A DNA stretch of 62,000 bases. It comes from Lama guanicoe. Taxonomy: Eukaryota. Positions 10,701-21,520 of the stretch are shown piece by piece. The position numbers were made by a program, and so were the translations under genes. The DNA lies in the NCBI GenBank assembly GCA_013239625.1, contig MU053873.1, forward strand, positions 136,524 through 198,523. Direction: 5' to 3'. Each line of letters begins with the position of its first letter. Position 1 is the stretch's first letter. The notes under the pieces are model-generated. The model saw nothing but the letters and a program-made list of their open reading frames with translations. It searched no databases and was not told the DNA's origin.

Positions 10701-13700
10701 TCCTTTCGGCCGCCTCTATCCCCTTCGAGCCAGAGTCTCCAGAGCCAAGCTGCTTTCCTCCCCTTGGAAAGAATTTGTGTGCAGCCTGAGAAGAAAGGCC
10801 CCTGTGTCTGTGGGAATTGACTTTTTCTCTCCCTCCCAGTATTGCTCCTTGAGCGGCTACCACTGAGCGCTGACTTGCCCCCCGTGTCCCTCCCCAGCAT
10901 GTTAAGTGCCCTTGGCCTCCTGGGACTGCCTGGTGCCAGCTGCTGGAAATGCTTGGGCGGAGTGTTAGCACCACGGCCCCCAGTGCTCCCATTCATACTG
11001 AGAGGAAGCAGCTTGGCCAGCAGCCGGCTGGCCTCGGCTGCCCTGGGAGGCTTAGCACATGGATGCTGGCTGGCAGGGGCCTAGGCTCCTTGCCACCCTG
11101 AGAGCTGCCAGGGCTCAGCTTCAGGGGGGTGGCTTCCCAGTCCCCCTCTGAGTCCTGCCACTGCTTTGCTTTTCAGGGTTCAGATGATGAGGAAGAAGGG
11201 CAGAAAGTGCCCCCACCCCCAGAGACACCCATGCCGCCGCCTCTGCCCCCAACTCCAGACCAGGTCATTGTCCGGAAAGACTATGACCCCAAAGGTAGAT
11301 TCTGCTTTCCTGCCTCCGTGTTTCTCTCCATTTCTAGAAGGGCTGGAGGTGGCTTGTCATAAAGATATTGATAGCCCCTCTCATAGACTTTGTGGTGGGG
11401 AATGAAACTTAGTCATTTCTGGTGCTCTGGCGCCTTGTACAGTGCCAGGTACAGTGTGGCACTGAATAGATGGTGCACAGATGAAACTGCATTCTCTTAA
11501 CCCAGGCGGGCACCCAGTGTTCTCAAGCATCTCTTTTGCCTTTTAGCTTCCAAGCCCCTGCCTCCAGCCCCAGCTCCAGATGAATACCTTGTGTCCCCCA
11601 TCACTGGGGAGAAGATCCCTGCCAGCAAAATGCAAGAACACATGCGCATTGGGCTTCTTGACCCCCGTTGGCTGGAGCAGCGAGATCGCTCCATCCGTGA
11701 GAAGCAGAGTGACGATGAAGTGTATGCACCAGGTGAGGTGGGGGTTCCCTGCTGGGTTCACCTTTTTTTTGACTCAGCCATAACTCACTTTGGCCATGGG
11801 AATCTCTAAGCTATAGTCAGCTTGCTTTAATCAAAAATAGAAAGTAACAATTGAAGTCAGCAAAAGCTTTTGAGGATAGGTACGCTATGAAGCTACAAAA
11901 GAACTCTGTTTTCTAGAAGGAATCTCCGTAGGATTCTTCCAAAAGTAGGCGCCTGTTGTTGATGGCATGTGCCCACTGGCATTCTAGAGCAAGATCTGAC
12001 TATAGCTGGGAGGGCTGCTCATTCTTGGGGCTGTCATAGAATGAAGGCTCTGATTGCTGGAGTACGCTGAGTACCTTGAAATGAGACATGATGGTCCCTT
12101 GATTATGTAAGAAGCAGCACAACAGGGAGGGAGGGGACTGTCCCAGAGGCGGGACACCAGGCTTCAGTCCTCACTCTGCTACTTGCCACTCGTGTGACCC
12201 TGTTCTCTCAGTTGCCTTTCGTAAGTCAAGGGGTTGGACAAGCCCTGGTTTACAGGCTTAGTGCTGATTGGGCAGCCTTCCCTAGGCTTGGAGGGCAGAC
12301 ATGCTGCGATGGGACCCTGAGACAGCCTTCTCCCATGGGAACAGCCTCCCCCTACACCAGTAGAGCTGCTGTGTTGTCAGAAGGGTACCTGGTTTAGTTT
12401 TCCTTTCTGGCCCCCCCTCTATTCTGTGACTATATCCAGGTCTGGATATTGAGAGCAGCTTGAAACAGCTGGCCGAGCGGCGTACTGACATCTTTGGTGT
12501 AGAGGAAACGGCCATTGGTAAGAAGATTGGCGAGGAGGAGATCCAGAAGCCAGAGGAAAAGGTGCGGCTTAGATGGATCTTAGTGCCTTTCCTACTGTCA
12601 GACTCCCACACCTGGGCTCAGTTCCAGGAACCCTGACAAGCTGTGGCTTTGCTTTCCCGTGCAGGTGACCTGGGATGGCCACTCTGGCAGCATGGCCCGG
12701 ACCCAGCAGGCTGCCCAGGCCAATATCACCCTCCAGGAGCAGATTGAAGCCATCCACAAGGCTAAGGGCTTGGTGCCGGAAGATGATACCAAAGAGAAGA
12801 TCGGCCCCAGCAAGCCCAATGAAATCCCCCAGCAGCCACCACCTCCGTCTTCGGCCACCAACATCCCCAGCTCGGCTCCACCCATTACCTCTGTGCCCCG
12901 GCCACCCGCGGTTAGCCAGCAGCCACCTTGTGACTTGTCTTTTAGAGCTGGGTTCTTGGGGTTGGACACTATTGGATGCAAAGGGCACCTGTCTTATAGA
13001 GGGCCCAAATGCTGAGTAGGTTAAGTCGAGAGAAAAAGAATAACTTTTAATTAGAAGTGGGAACCTCCAGCCTGATGTTCCGTCTGTTGGAAGGAGGCAA
13101 GTGGTAAATATGAGAAGCAGGCTTGGGTCAGAGAAGGGCTGGAGGGCTTAATTGTGCTTCGAGGATTGCTGGCCTGACTCCCAGAGGCTAAGTCGAGGTC
13201 ATTCTCTTTAGTGGCTTGCTCAGTGTCTGCCATGAACAGCTGGTTGAGTCCCAAGTGGGAGTGTCGCTCTGGGCCCCCTTGGTGTAGTTCCTGTCAGAGC
13301 CCGGTGTGAGGCCATGCTCTCAGCCCCAGGCCTCAAAGGCTGCAGGTGGCCGATTGCCAGCTGTGTGTGCCCTGAGAGTGCAGCCTTGACTTCTTGTGAC
13401 CTGTGGATCCCCCTCCCCTACAGATGCCGCCTCCCGTCCGTACCACAGTTGTGTCTGCGGTACCTGTCATGCCCCGGCCCCCAATGGCTTCAGTGGTCAG
13501 ACTGCCCCCTGGCTCGGTGATTGCCCCCATGCCGCCCATCATCCACGCGCCCAGGATCAACGTAGTGCCCATGCCTCCCTCGGCCCCTCCTATCATGGCA
13601 CCCCGCCCACCACCCATGATCGTGCCAACAGGTCAGTGTCTTGTGGTTTTCCAAGCCACTGGGTCAGAACTGCAGACCAAGAGCTGTTAGCAGAGCAGTG

Positions 13701-16388
13701 GCTGATGGTAGTGCCAGCTGTTCCCAGCTGGGGGTCCAGTCCAAAGGAGATCCCTGAACTGGGAGCTGGGGGTTTAGGGCTCCTGTGGCTCAGGCTGATA
13801 GGGCAGAGCTGGGATCTCTGCACCTAGAGGGGTCAGGCCGGGACAGGCAGAGGTCTGACGATGCTTGCTGTTGGCTGACACCCACTCCATCCATCAGTCC
13901 TGCTCCTCTTCCAGTTTCCTGCTACCCAATCTGGGCAGCCTCCCAAGTCCCCTTGCCAGAGAACTTGCTGGCTGCCAGACTCGGCAAGGAGTGGTCCTAC
14001 ACACCTCTGACTGGGAGAAATGGGAAACCCTTGCAATCTCCCTTCTCTCTCCCCCAACCCTGAGTCCTGAACCCCTTCCCCCAACTCACACAGCTGCTTA
14101 TTCCTGTCTTTGCAGCCTTTGTGCCCGCTCCACCTGTGGCTCCGGTCCCAGCTCCAGCCCCAATGCCACCTGTCCACCCTCCACCTCCCATGGAAGATGA
14201 GCCTGCCTCCAAGAAACTGAAGACTGAGGACAGCCTCATGCCTGAGGAAGAGTTCCTCCGCAGAAATAAGGTGTGTGATCCCAGAGTGCTGCTCACAGCC
14301 TGGAGTGTCTAGATGGGGTGTTTAGTCCTGCCCCAGTGCCATAATCCCTGGCCCACCCTATTCTGCCACAGTTTTGGCTTTTGAGGCCTAGGTCACCTGT
14401 TGGAGGCCTGTGAGGGCTTCTGAGCACACACTAGATGTGGGGTCAGTAGTCGGAGGAGTAGACAGCTGGTATGAGCTGTTGTAGAGGCCAGCACGGAGAC
14501 CCAGCTGCACAGGCAGCAGGTGTCAAAGGGGCTCTGGACACTGGAGGATATCCTGGGTGCAGTTCTCAATTTCTTTCTGGCCTTCCCCACCAGCCCGGAG
14601 GAGACCCATGTGTTGTGGGGATCCTGTTGGGATATTGAAAATAAGGGGAGGTGGGAACCTTGGCATTGTCAGTGCCCAGGAAAGCCATTAGGCTCTAATG
14701 AGGATGCAGAAACAGCCCAGCCCTATTCCCCCAATGCATTTGACCAAATCTTTTTTCTTTTTTTCTTTTTGATGGTAATTTTATTTCTAGAGCACCTACT
14801 TGAGTGCCAGGTTAGAGCCCCGCATTTTATAGGTACTTGTCTGTTTAATGGTCACAACGGTATGGTTCAGCATTGTGATCACCACTTTACAGACATGGCA
14901 TTGAGGTTCAGAGAGACATAGTTGGCAGGGAAGCTGAGTTGGGTACCCAGGTCTTCTGACCTTGCAGTCTTTCCCTCTTTGGTGCTTCTTGGGGCTTGCA
15001 GAGCATTTTCATGTCACTTGTTCAGCTCCAGACTCACCACGAGGCAAGATGAGGATTGTTTTAAATAAGAGAAACCAGTTCTTGAAAGGAGGAAGTGATT
15101 TGTTCTGAATCATAAGTGGTGTGAGTAGTGAATCAGGCCAGCGTCCAGGAGTCCTGATGGACTGCTGACATTGTCTAGACTGGCCCAGGACTAGGAGAGC
15201 ATAGTTTCTGATTGTCTCAGGGCTCCCCAGGCATAATGGCCACCTTCTGTTTCGCAGGGTCCAGTGTCCATCAAAGTCCAAGTACCCAACATGCAGGACA
15301 AGACAGAATGGAAACTGAATGGACAGGTGCTGGTCTTCACCCTCCCGCTCACCGACCAGGTATGAGTTGCTGCCATCAACTGGCATCAGGTGCAGGGGAA
15401 CCAAGGCGTCAGGGGAAGCTTTTTTCAGCTGACCTTAGCAAGGCAGTGACTGATCTCTTCTTGGTGTCCCATAGGTCTCTGTCATCAAGGTGAAGATTCA
15501 CGAAGCCACAGGCATGCCAGCAGGGAAACAGAAGCTGCAGTATGAGGTGAGTTGGGTGTCTGGTCCTGCCTGTTGGGTCCTAATGCCTCTGTTGTCCCAG
15601 AAGCTAAATCCCTTGTGCTGTCAAAGGAGTATGGAGACACCTGGGTGTGGCCCTCTGAGTCCATCCCAGAAGTGATGCTGGCTGGGAGTGCTGGGGCAGT
15701 GTAGCCGGACAGGGTGAGGCTCTGGTGGGGTCACAGCACAGTCTTGTGTGCGGTCCACATACCTCAGTGGCTGGGTTGGAGGTCTAGGGACAAAACTTGA
15801 GAGGGTTCTGGTAGGTTTCTGTCCCAGTGGTGGAGCCATCCCAGTCAGTGTGGTCTCAGGTAGCCTGGCGTCATGCAGGGACACAGAGGTGATGTTCAAC
15901 TCACCTTGTGCCTGCCAGGTCACACAGGGCTGCTGTGTTCTCCCTCTTTGGACTTTGACAAATCCCCATGCTGGGCTTCAGTTCTCTCCTCTGTAAAATG
16001 AGGTTGTTGGACTAGTTGACCACTAAAGTTCTTGTGGTTTGAGAGTCAGAATTCCATGGGGTTGGTCAGGGCCAACTTCTTGGGGTCTTGACAAAGGGAA
16101 AGAGCATGGCTTAGTAGAGAGGAAGGAAAAGCAAAGAATTCTGAGAGGAACCAGAAACCTTCACTCCCGCCCTGCGCCACTCTCTTTCCTGCCCTGCCTT
16201 CCTTCAAGCCCCTCTCTTCGCCTATGAGGCTGCTCAGTGTACTCAAGGTCGTTGCCCCAGACTGAGGCTCTCTCTGTGTTTTCCAGGGCATTTTCATCAA
16301 GGATTCCAACTCACTGGCTTACTACAACATGGCCAATGGTGCCGTCATCCACCTGGCCCTCAAGGAGAGAGGCGGGAGGAAGAAGTAG
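610..16388 (+). CDS. SF3A1: Splicing factor 3A subunit 1 (SF3a120/PRP21), 5'-partial; coding exons 2-16
   Basis: Exons 610-731, 4827-5034, 6196-6453, 8853-8927, 9616-9766, 10112-10305, 11177-11294, 11547-11732, 12440-12561, 12665-12910, 13424-13631, 14116-14270, 15258-15359, 15475-15546, 16287-16388(TAG). All are AG/GT-bounded with compatible phases. Translation gives two SURP domains (IVDKTASFVARNGPEFE; VVKLTAQFVARNGRQF), the PRP21 region, a Pro-rich segment and a C-terminal ubiquitin-like domain ending ERGGRKK*. Confidence 0.98.
1802..1940 (-). mobile_element. tRNA-Ala-derived SINE (Vic-1-like)
   Basis: Reverse strand reads GGGGAAGGGTATATCTCAAGTGGTAGAGCGCATGCT...GGTTCAATACCCAGTACCTC (A and B boxes) followed by an AACCTAATTACC tail; 16-bp TSD CAGGCCATGTC(T/A)GATT at 1786-1801 and 1941-1956. 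Confidence 0.85.
4396..4518 (-). mobile_element. Second copy of the same tRNA-derived SINE
   Basis: Reverse strand reads GGGGAGGGTATAGCTCAAGCAGTACAGCATATGCTTAGCAT...GGGTTTAATCCCCAGTACCTC followed by AATAAATAAGTAAACCTAATTACC; TTAAGTAC flanks both sides (4388-4395, 4521-4528). Confidence 0.85.
4827..5034 (+). CDS. SF3A1: SF3A1 exon 3
   Basis: tctag|G AAC GGA...CAG AAG|gttgg; NGPEFEARIRQ...QQQLPQK. Confidence 0.96.
6196..6453 (+). CDS. SF3A1: SF3A1 exon 4
   Basis: cttag|GTC CAA...ACC AAG|gtgcc; second SURP domain. Confidence 0.96.
6780..7250 (-). mobile_element. Two adjacent MIR SINE relics
   Basis: MIR core 'cattttgcagaagaggaaactgaggcacagagaagttaacttggccagggtcacatagcta' at about 7110-7170 and a weaker copy at about 6840-6950. 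Confidence 0.75.
7688..7723. repeat. (TG)18 microsatellite
   Basis: Direct read. Confidence 0.95.
7748..8065 (-). mobile_element. MLT2-like (ERVL) LTR fragment containing a (TG)9-T-(CA)6 run at 7784-7814
   Basis: Diagnostic 'aattggctcacacaatatggaggctggcaagtccaaa' and 'ggccttcaactgactggatgaggccca'; family assigned from memory. Confidence 0.7.
8853..8927 (+). CDS. SF3A1: SF3A1 exon 5
   Basis: ttcag|ATC TTG...GAC CAG|gtaaa; ILIPPKGLF...VLDQ. Confidence 0.95.
9616..9766 (+). CDS. SF3A1: SF3A1 exon 6
   Basis: ttcag|GTG TGT...CAA G|gtggg; VCYRVEW...IDWHDFVVVETVDF. Confidence 0.95.
10112..10305 (+). CDS. SF3A1: SF3A1 exon 7
   Basis: gccag|GG AAC...GAT GAG|gtatg; NFPPPTTPEEL...QDMDE. Confidence 0.95.
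11177..11294 (+). CDS. SF3A1: SF3A1 exon 8
   Basis: ttcag|GGT TCA...AAA G|gtaga; GSDDEEEG...DYDPK. Confidence 0.95.
11547..11732 (+). CDS. SF3A1: SF3A1 exon 9
   Basis: tttag|CT TCC...CCA G|gtgag; SPITGEKIP...HMRIGLLDPRW. Confidence 0.95.
12440..12561 (+). CDS. SF3A1: SF3A1 exon 10
   Basis: tccag|GT CTG...GAA AAG|gtgcg; LDIESSLKQLAERRTDIFG. Confidence 0.95.
12665..12910 (+). CDS. SF3A1: SF3A1 exon 11
   Basis: tgcag|GTG ACC...CCC GCG|gttag; VTWDGHSGS. Confidence 0.95.
13424..13631 (+). CDS. SF3A1: SF3A1 exon 12
   Basis: tacag|ATG CCG...ACA G|gtcag; Pro-rich. Confidence 0.95.
14116..14270 (+). CDS. SF3A1: SF3A1 exon 13
   Basis: tgcag|CC TTT...AAT AAG|gtgtg; EDEPASKKLKTEDSL. Confidence 0.95.
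15258..15359 (+). CDS. SF3A1: SF3A1 exon 14
   Basis: cgcag|GGT CCA...GAC CAG|gtatg; start of ubiquitin-like domain. Confidence 0.95.
15475..15546 (+). CDS. SF3A1: SF3A1 exon 15
   Basis: catag|GTC TCT...TAT GAG|gtgag; VSVIKVKIHEATGMPAGKQKLQYE. Confidence 0.95.
16287..16388 (+). CDS. SF3A1: SF3A1 exon 16 coding part
   Basis: tccag|GGC ATT...AAG AAG TAG; GIFIKDSNSLAYYN...GGRKK*. Confidence 0.96.
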   Translation, partial: GIFIKDSNSLAYYNMANGAVIHLALKERGGRKK

Positions 16389-16757
16389 AAGAGAAAAACC
16401 TGCTGTCATGTCCCAGCCAGTGCCGTTTTGCCTCTCCTGTCCCCTGCCCCTTGTCCCAGACCCAGGAGACCCTGCCTTGCACATTTGTTTTCCTCTTACT
16501 AAGTTTGGAAATTCAGTTGGTCCTGCAGAGTCCCCCCCCCCACATTGATAAGAGAGGGCTTTCTCAGCCACTCTCCTTCCCAGTGGTCCCTGGATCCCTT
16601 TGTGTTCGGGTCTTGATTTGAGGGGATTCGTTTCTTGAGGCAGCCCCTTAGGAAATGTGAACCCAGGGATGTGCTGTGGGGTATTGTCATAGTGTCCAGT
16701 GGTGCTTGGCTGATAGATTGTTATCGTCATTAATCATTTTGTACCTTGCCATGGGCT

Positions 16758-16763
16758 AATAAA
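16758..16763 (+). terminator. Candidate proximal polyadenylation signal of SF3A1
   Basis: First AATAAA about 370 nt after the stop codon; a longer 3'UTR isoform cannot be excluded. Confidence 0.6.
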
Positions 16764-19700
16764 CCTCTTCGACCCTTCTCATGAATCAGTGTTATGAGAC
16801 TTGTCTCTTGGCCGCCTGTGCCCTGTCCAGACCTAGGAGTATGGCACAGTGCCTTGTGGCTTCTCTTCTGCTCTGAGGAAGGCTGGGTTTAACTAAATTC
16901 TTGACTCTATTGAATCTTCTATGACTCTTTGTTAGATGTATTTATGTTGCCTTTTTAAAACATACAGGTCCTCCAAAGGCATAGCACCATACGTTTAACC
17001 AAACGCCTTCAGCGTGCCAGGACCGCAGGAGAGCGCGATCGGGTGGGATGCGGTTGCTGAGTCAGTGGGCAGCGTGCAGATGAGACTAGAGGGTAGTGGT
17101 TTCCTGTAAGCTGGGAGTCACTCATCTGATGAGTGACCTTGGGCGGGTGGCTTATCTCGAGTCAGTGCAAGTATGTGATGAGATTTTTTTTAAATATTTA
17201 TTTTAAAAATACTTAATTGTGGCAAGGCCATGAACTACTTTAAGGACTTTATAAAATTTAACCAGTTTACTCTTTATTGTTTTAAGTACTTTATCAATTT
17301 TAACTCATGTTATCCTGATGTGAATATTCCTGTTTGACACTTGAGTAAACTGAGGTGCAGAGAAGCTGAATCACATGCCCATAGTCACACAGTAAGAAGA
17401 TAAAAAGAGAATATATGCAAAATGTATGTCAAAGTCCTTGCCCTGCAGTAAGTGCCAGGGCAGGCTGTTATTTTTGGAGTTGTGCTATCACAGGGAGGTA
17501 GGTTCTGCTGTGGGTATTCAGAGGAAGGAAGGTGAGAGTCTGTTGATAAACTTTCCAGATTTTAAACCCAAAGCTGATTTCATTCTGAAGATCTCACCTG
17601 TGTTTATCCCCTGAGAGTTCCCGGTTCCTTTCCTTTGCAATCCTTCCATTTCATCCTCCTAGCTTCCCCATGAGGTCATCTCCCTAGCCAGGGAGGCCAT
17701 TCCCAAGGTCACAGTTTTCTGTCACCATCCCCACCATCCCCTCCATCCCCGGCCAAGCTCGAAGCTTTCAACTCCAGACCTAGTGCTTAAGTGGCCCTTC
17801 TGCGGTGCCAGTTATGTGGCTTTCTTACAGACCACTGGACCCTTCACATTTTTAACTTGGTAAGGAGGATATTCCTCACTTTGCCATTTGCTTCCCATCT
17901 GGTAGCTGAAAGTTTCCCCCAGGGGCCAGGGCTGAAATTGGCTTCCTGAAGTCGGCTTCGTGGTTTGGGTGCTTGAAGTAAGCCCACTGTTAGTTGTTTC
18001 TTCATGGCCAACACCCAGAATCTCCCTGAACACCACTTGAGTCTTGTTTCAGGAGGGGAGGGGGTCAGTAGAGCTGGGGGCGTCCCACACTCCAAGCTCT
18101 CCTTTCTTCCTGGGATTGGCTCGAGATGGGGGTTCAGGACAAAGTGTCAGGCACTCTACAAATCGTCAGATCCCACAGGCCCACCGTGACTGTGGTTGTG
18201 ACTGGAGGCTGGAATGCTGCTGGGTGGAATGGGAGTGAATGGGTCCTTTGAGCCACCCTCTGGGGCCTGAACCCAGCTTCCTGGAGCTCCTGAATGAGCA
18301 TCTGTCCTGGCTCACTCAGTCTCTGAAGGCCTTCTGCCCCCACCTCTGCCCTAAGGAGTTCACCACTGTAACGTCAAGTCAGTTAAAGAGCTCTGGAGTT
18401 TGAAATAAGGAACCGAATGTTTACTGAATTTCTGCTGTGTGCTGGAAGCTTCAGAGACAGCTCACTGACTTCAGTAAATAAATAATTATTGGTATTCCTA
18501 TTTTTCAGAAGAGGAAACAGTTTCTGAGAAATTAAGCCATTTTGCATGAGAACATCAGTTATTGAGGGGCATAACCATGAAGCAACGTTTTCCAAGCCAT
18601 GTGCCACTGGTTAAATTTGGTCCCCTGCTGCAGTCACAAGCTGTGGTGGGAGACACTGAAGACAATAATGAATTTGCCAGTGCTTTGCAAACTACAAATG
18701 CCACCACTCCTGGCTACCATTTCCTGGGTATCTCCATGTGCCAAATGCTTTGCACCTACTATTACACTCAGTGTCTCAGAACAACTCCTCCACGGAGGTA
18801 TTTTTTTCATTATTTCCATTTTGCAGATAAGGAAATGGGCTCAGAGAGAAATGATTTGCTCAAGGTCACATAGTGACAGCAGAGATTTGAATTCTGGCTG
18901 GTCTTATGTAAGAAAAGTAGAAGCTGGAGCATCATGGCCTTAACTTGAGGTCAGCATCTATCCAGTCTCCCAAATCAGGACACGCTGATGCTTCTAACCT
19001 GCCACCTACCCCTACCCCTACCCCAGTTACCCTGGAGTGAAGGTCACTGTACGTGTGCCTCACAGAGCTGAACATGTTTGGGATATGAGCCTAGAACCAG
19101 AATTAGAGTCAAACCGTTGTGGATACTTTGCCAGGCTTGGGGCTTCACATCTGTTCCAGGTATGTCTGGCTCCTCTTTCTCCCTTCCCTGGGATAGGCCT
19201 ACACCCCTTTGCAAGGCCTACTCTGCCCATCCTGGGACCTGGGACTAAGAGCCCACCACTCTGTCTGGAGCTACTGGAGAGGTGGAATACATCCTCCTAG
19301 ACTGAGATTTTAAGATCAAAATAGCCCATGTCCACTCCCATGTCTGCTACTGCCCTGTTTATGGAAAACCAGAAGCCTATGGAATGTGAAGACTGCACAG
19401 TGAAGACTTCAAGAATGTCTGGGCCACAAGGCATCAAGGAAACGGCTGGTGAAATCACTCAAGGCTTCAGACTCTCCTTGGGGCTGCTTTGGGCCCCTTA
19501 GCCGCCTGGCCCATGCCCTGCAGTTCAGGCCTGCCTCTTATAGTCCCTTCCCCTCTCTGGGCCTGTCTTGCTGGCTTACAGTTTGTGACTTACAAGCCAT
19601 AAAGTACTGGACTTAAGTGAGGAGCTATCATCATGACTCTTAAGATTCAATAATCCCCGGGGTCAGAAGTAGGCTGCTGGGAGCTAAGTCTACATAGATA

Positions 19701-19886
19701 CAATTGGCCTATGCCTCCCCCAGTAGAAGCTGTTGGTAAGAACTAGGTTCACTGGCTCTGCCACAAACTAGTTCTGGGGCTTCAGATAGCTAGCTGACAT
19801 CGCTTGCCTGCACCTCAGTTTCCTTAACTCTAAAATGGGACTAATAATAGTATCTACCTCCTTGCTAAAATATTACAAGAGATAGT

Positions 19887-20502
19887 GTGATCAATTTGGA
19901 AAGCAGCTTGCCAGTCCGTGAAAAGGTTAAAGAGTTGACATATGACCCAGCAATTCCCAGTCCTAGCCATCTACCCAAGAGAAATGAAGAGAATGTCTAC
20001 ACAAAAGATTCTGTCCAAATGTTCATAGCAGCACTATTCGCAATCACCAAAAGATGGAAACAGCCCAGATGTCCATCCACAGATGAATGGATAAACAAAA
20101 TGTATGTCCATACAATGGAATAGTTTTTGGCCCTAAAAAGGAATGAAGCACTGATACATGCCACAACACGGATGAACCTTGAAAACATGCCAGGTGAAAA
20201 GCCAGATGCAAAGGTCACATATTGTATGATTCTATTTATATGACATGTCTAGAAAAGGCAAAACAATGGAGACAGAAAGCAGATTACTGGTTGCCAGGGA
20301 CTGGAGGAGGAAGGATGGGGAGTGACTGATGGCTAATGGATAGGAATTTCTTTTGGGGCTGATGAAAATGTTCTAAAATTAGATGATGGTGATGGTTGCA
20401 CAACTCAGTAAATATGCTTAAAGCCATTGAATTACACACTTTAAATGGGTGATTTTAATGGTATGTTAATTATATCTCAATAAAACTGTTGGAAAAATAA
20501 AA
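19887..20502 (+). mobile_element. Old L1 (L1M-type) 3' fragment inserted into a MIR
   Basis: Decayed ORF2 C-terminus (YDPAIP...[28 protein letters not shown]), L1 3'UTR and 'tatatctcaataaaa' end; degenerate TSD at 19872-19886 and 20503-20517; MIR core at about 19790-19870. Confidence 0.85.
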
Positions 20503-20689
20503 ATTACGAGAGAAAGTAGGTAAAACTTGGGGCAGTGAGTGGCTCGATAGACGTAGGTTATTATTCTTACTAATTAGGTCTCCCTAATTTAAAGCCCTAG
20601 AAGCAGTGAGCAGCGGAAGACGCTGCTCAATTTCTAGCTCAGCCTGGGTATTTAAGCTGCTGAGTGTCCCTTGGCGAGTCCCAGAATCT

Positions 20690-21520
20690 ATCCTGGATCT
20701 CCTCAGAACTCCTCATAAATGAATGGGTGAAACAAGCCCCACCCACGTCCCTGGGGTCTCGCGAGGAACAGGGGGCTCCGGAGGCAGGTGCGGGATTCCC
20801 AGCGGCCGCCCTCGGCCTCTGCCTGCGCTGCGCAGCAGGTGAGGGGGCCCCGCCCAGGCTAACCCGGAAAAGCCCGGGGAGCTCTTTCAGGTGAGCGCTC
20901 TTGATTGGCAGCCCGCTGGGGTAGGGCTTCAGATGACGGCTGCCCCGCCCCCTCACGTCGGGCCGGTTGGCGCCAGCCAGGGGGAGGTGGGCGGGCCCTG
21001 GGGTCCGCGGCGCCCATTGGGCGTGGGGAGGGGGGAAGAGCCCAGAGGGTCTAGGGCCCCGCCTCCGGATTTGCAGCGACCAATGGGCGCGGCGCGTGGG
21101 CGGGGCGTCGGCGGCGTCGGCGGCGGCCGGGCGGCTGAGGTGGCTGAGGTGGCCGCTGAAGCTGAGGCGGCGGGCGCGGCCGGGATGGCGAAGAGCCGCG
21201 GAGAGAATGGGCCTCGCGCGCCTGCAGCCGGGGGGAGCCTGTCGGGGACCCGGGAGAACCTGGCCCCCGGCGCCGACGCCGCAGCCGCGGACGAGCTCAG
21301 TTCTCTAGGCTCCGACTCAGAGGCCAACGGCTTCGCCGAGCGCCGCATCGACAAATTCGGCTTCATCGTGGGCTCTCAGGGCGCCGAGGGCGCGTGAGTA
21401 AAGCAGGAGCTCAGGGCTCGGGGCCAGGGGCCGGGGCCGGGGATCGGGGCCGGGCGCGGGACCTGCGGGAGGGCCTCGACGCGGCCAGAGCCGCCTTCAG
21501 GAAGGACCGACATGTCTCCC
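20690..21520 (+). promoter_or_regulatory. CpG-island promoter of TBC1D10A
   Basis: Dense CpG and high GC around exon 1; CCAAT boxes at 20904-20908 (ATTGG), 21016-21020 (ATTGG) and 21080-21084; GC box GGGCGG 21098-21103; no TATA box seen. Confidence 0.85.
21185..21393 (+). CDS. TBC1D10A: TBC1D10A exon 1 coding part
   Basis: gggATGG Kozak; MAKSRGENG...[20 protein letters not shown]|gtgagt. Confidence 0.95.

Noticed and set aside
19005..19024. (CCCCTA)3 telomere-like repeat
   Set aside because: Too short and not TTAGGG; expected by slippage
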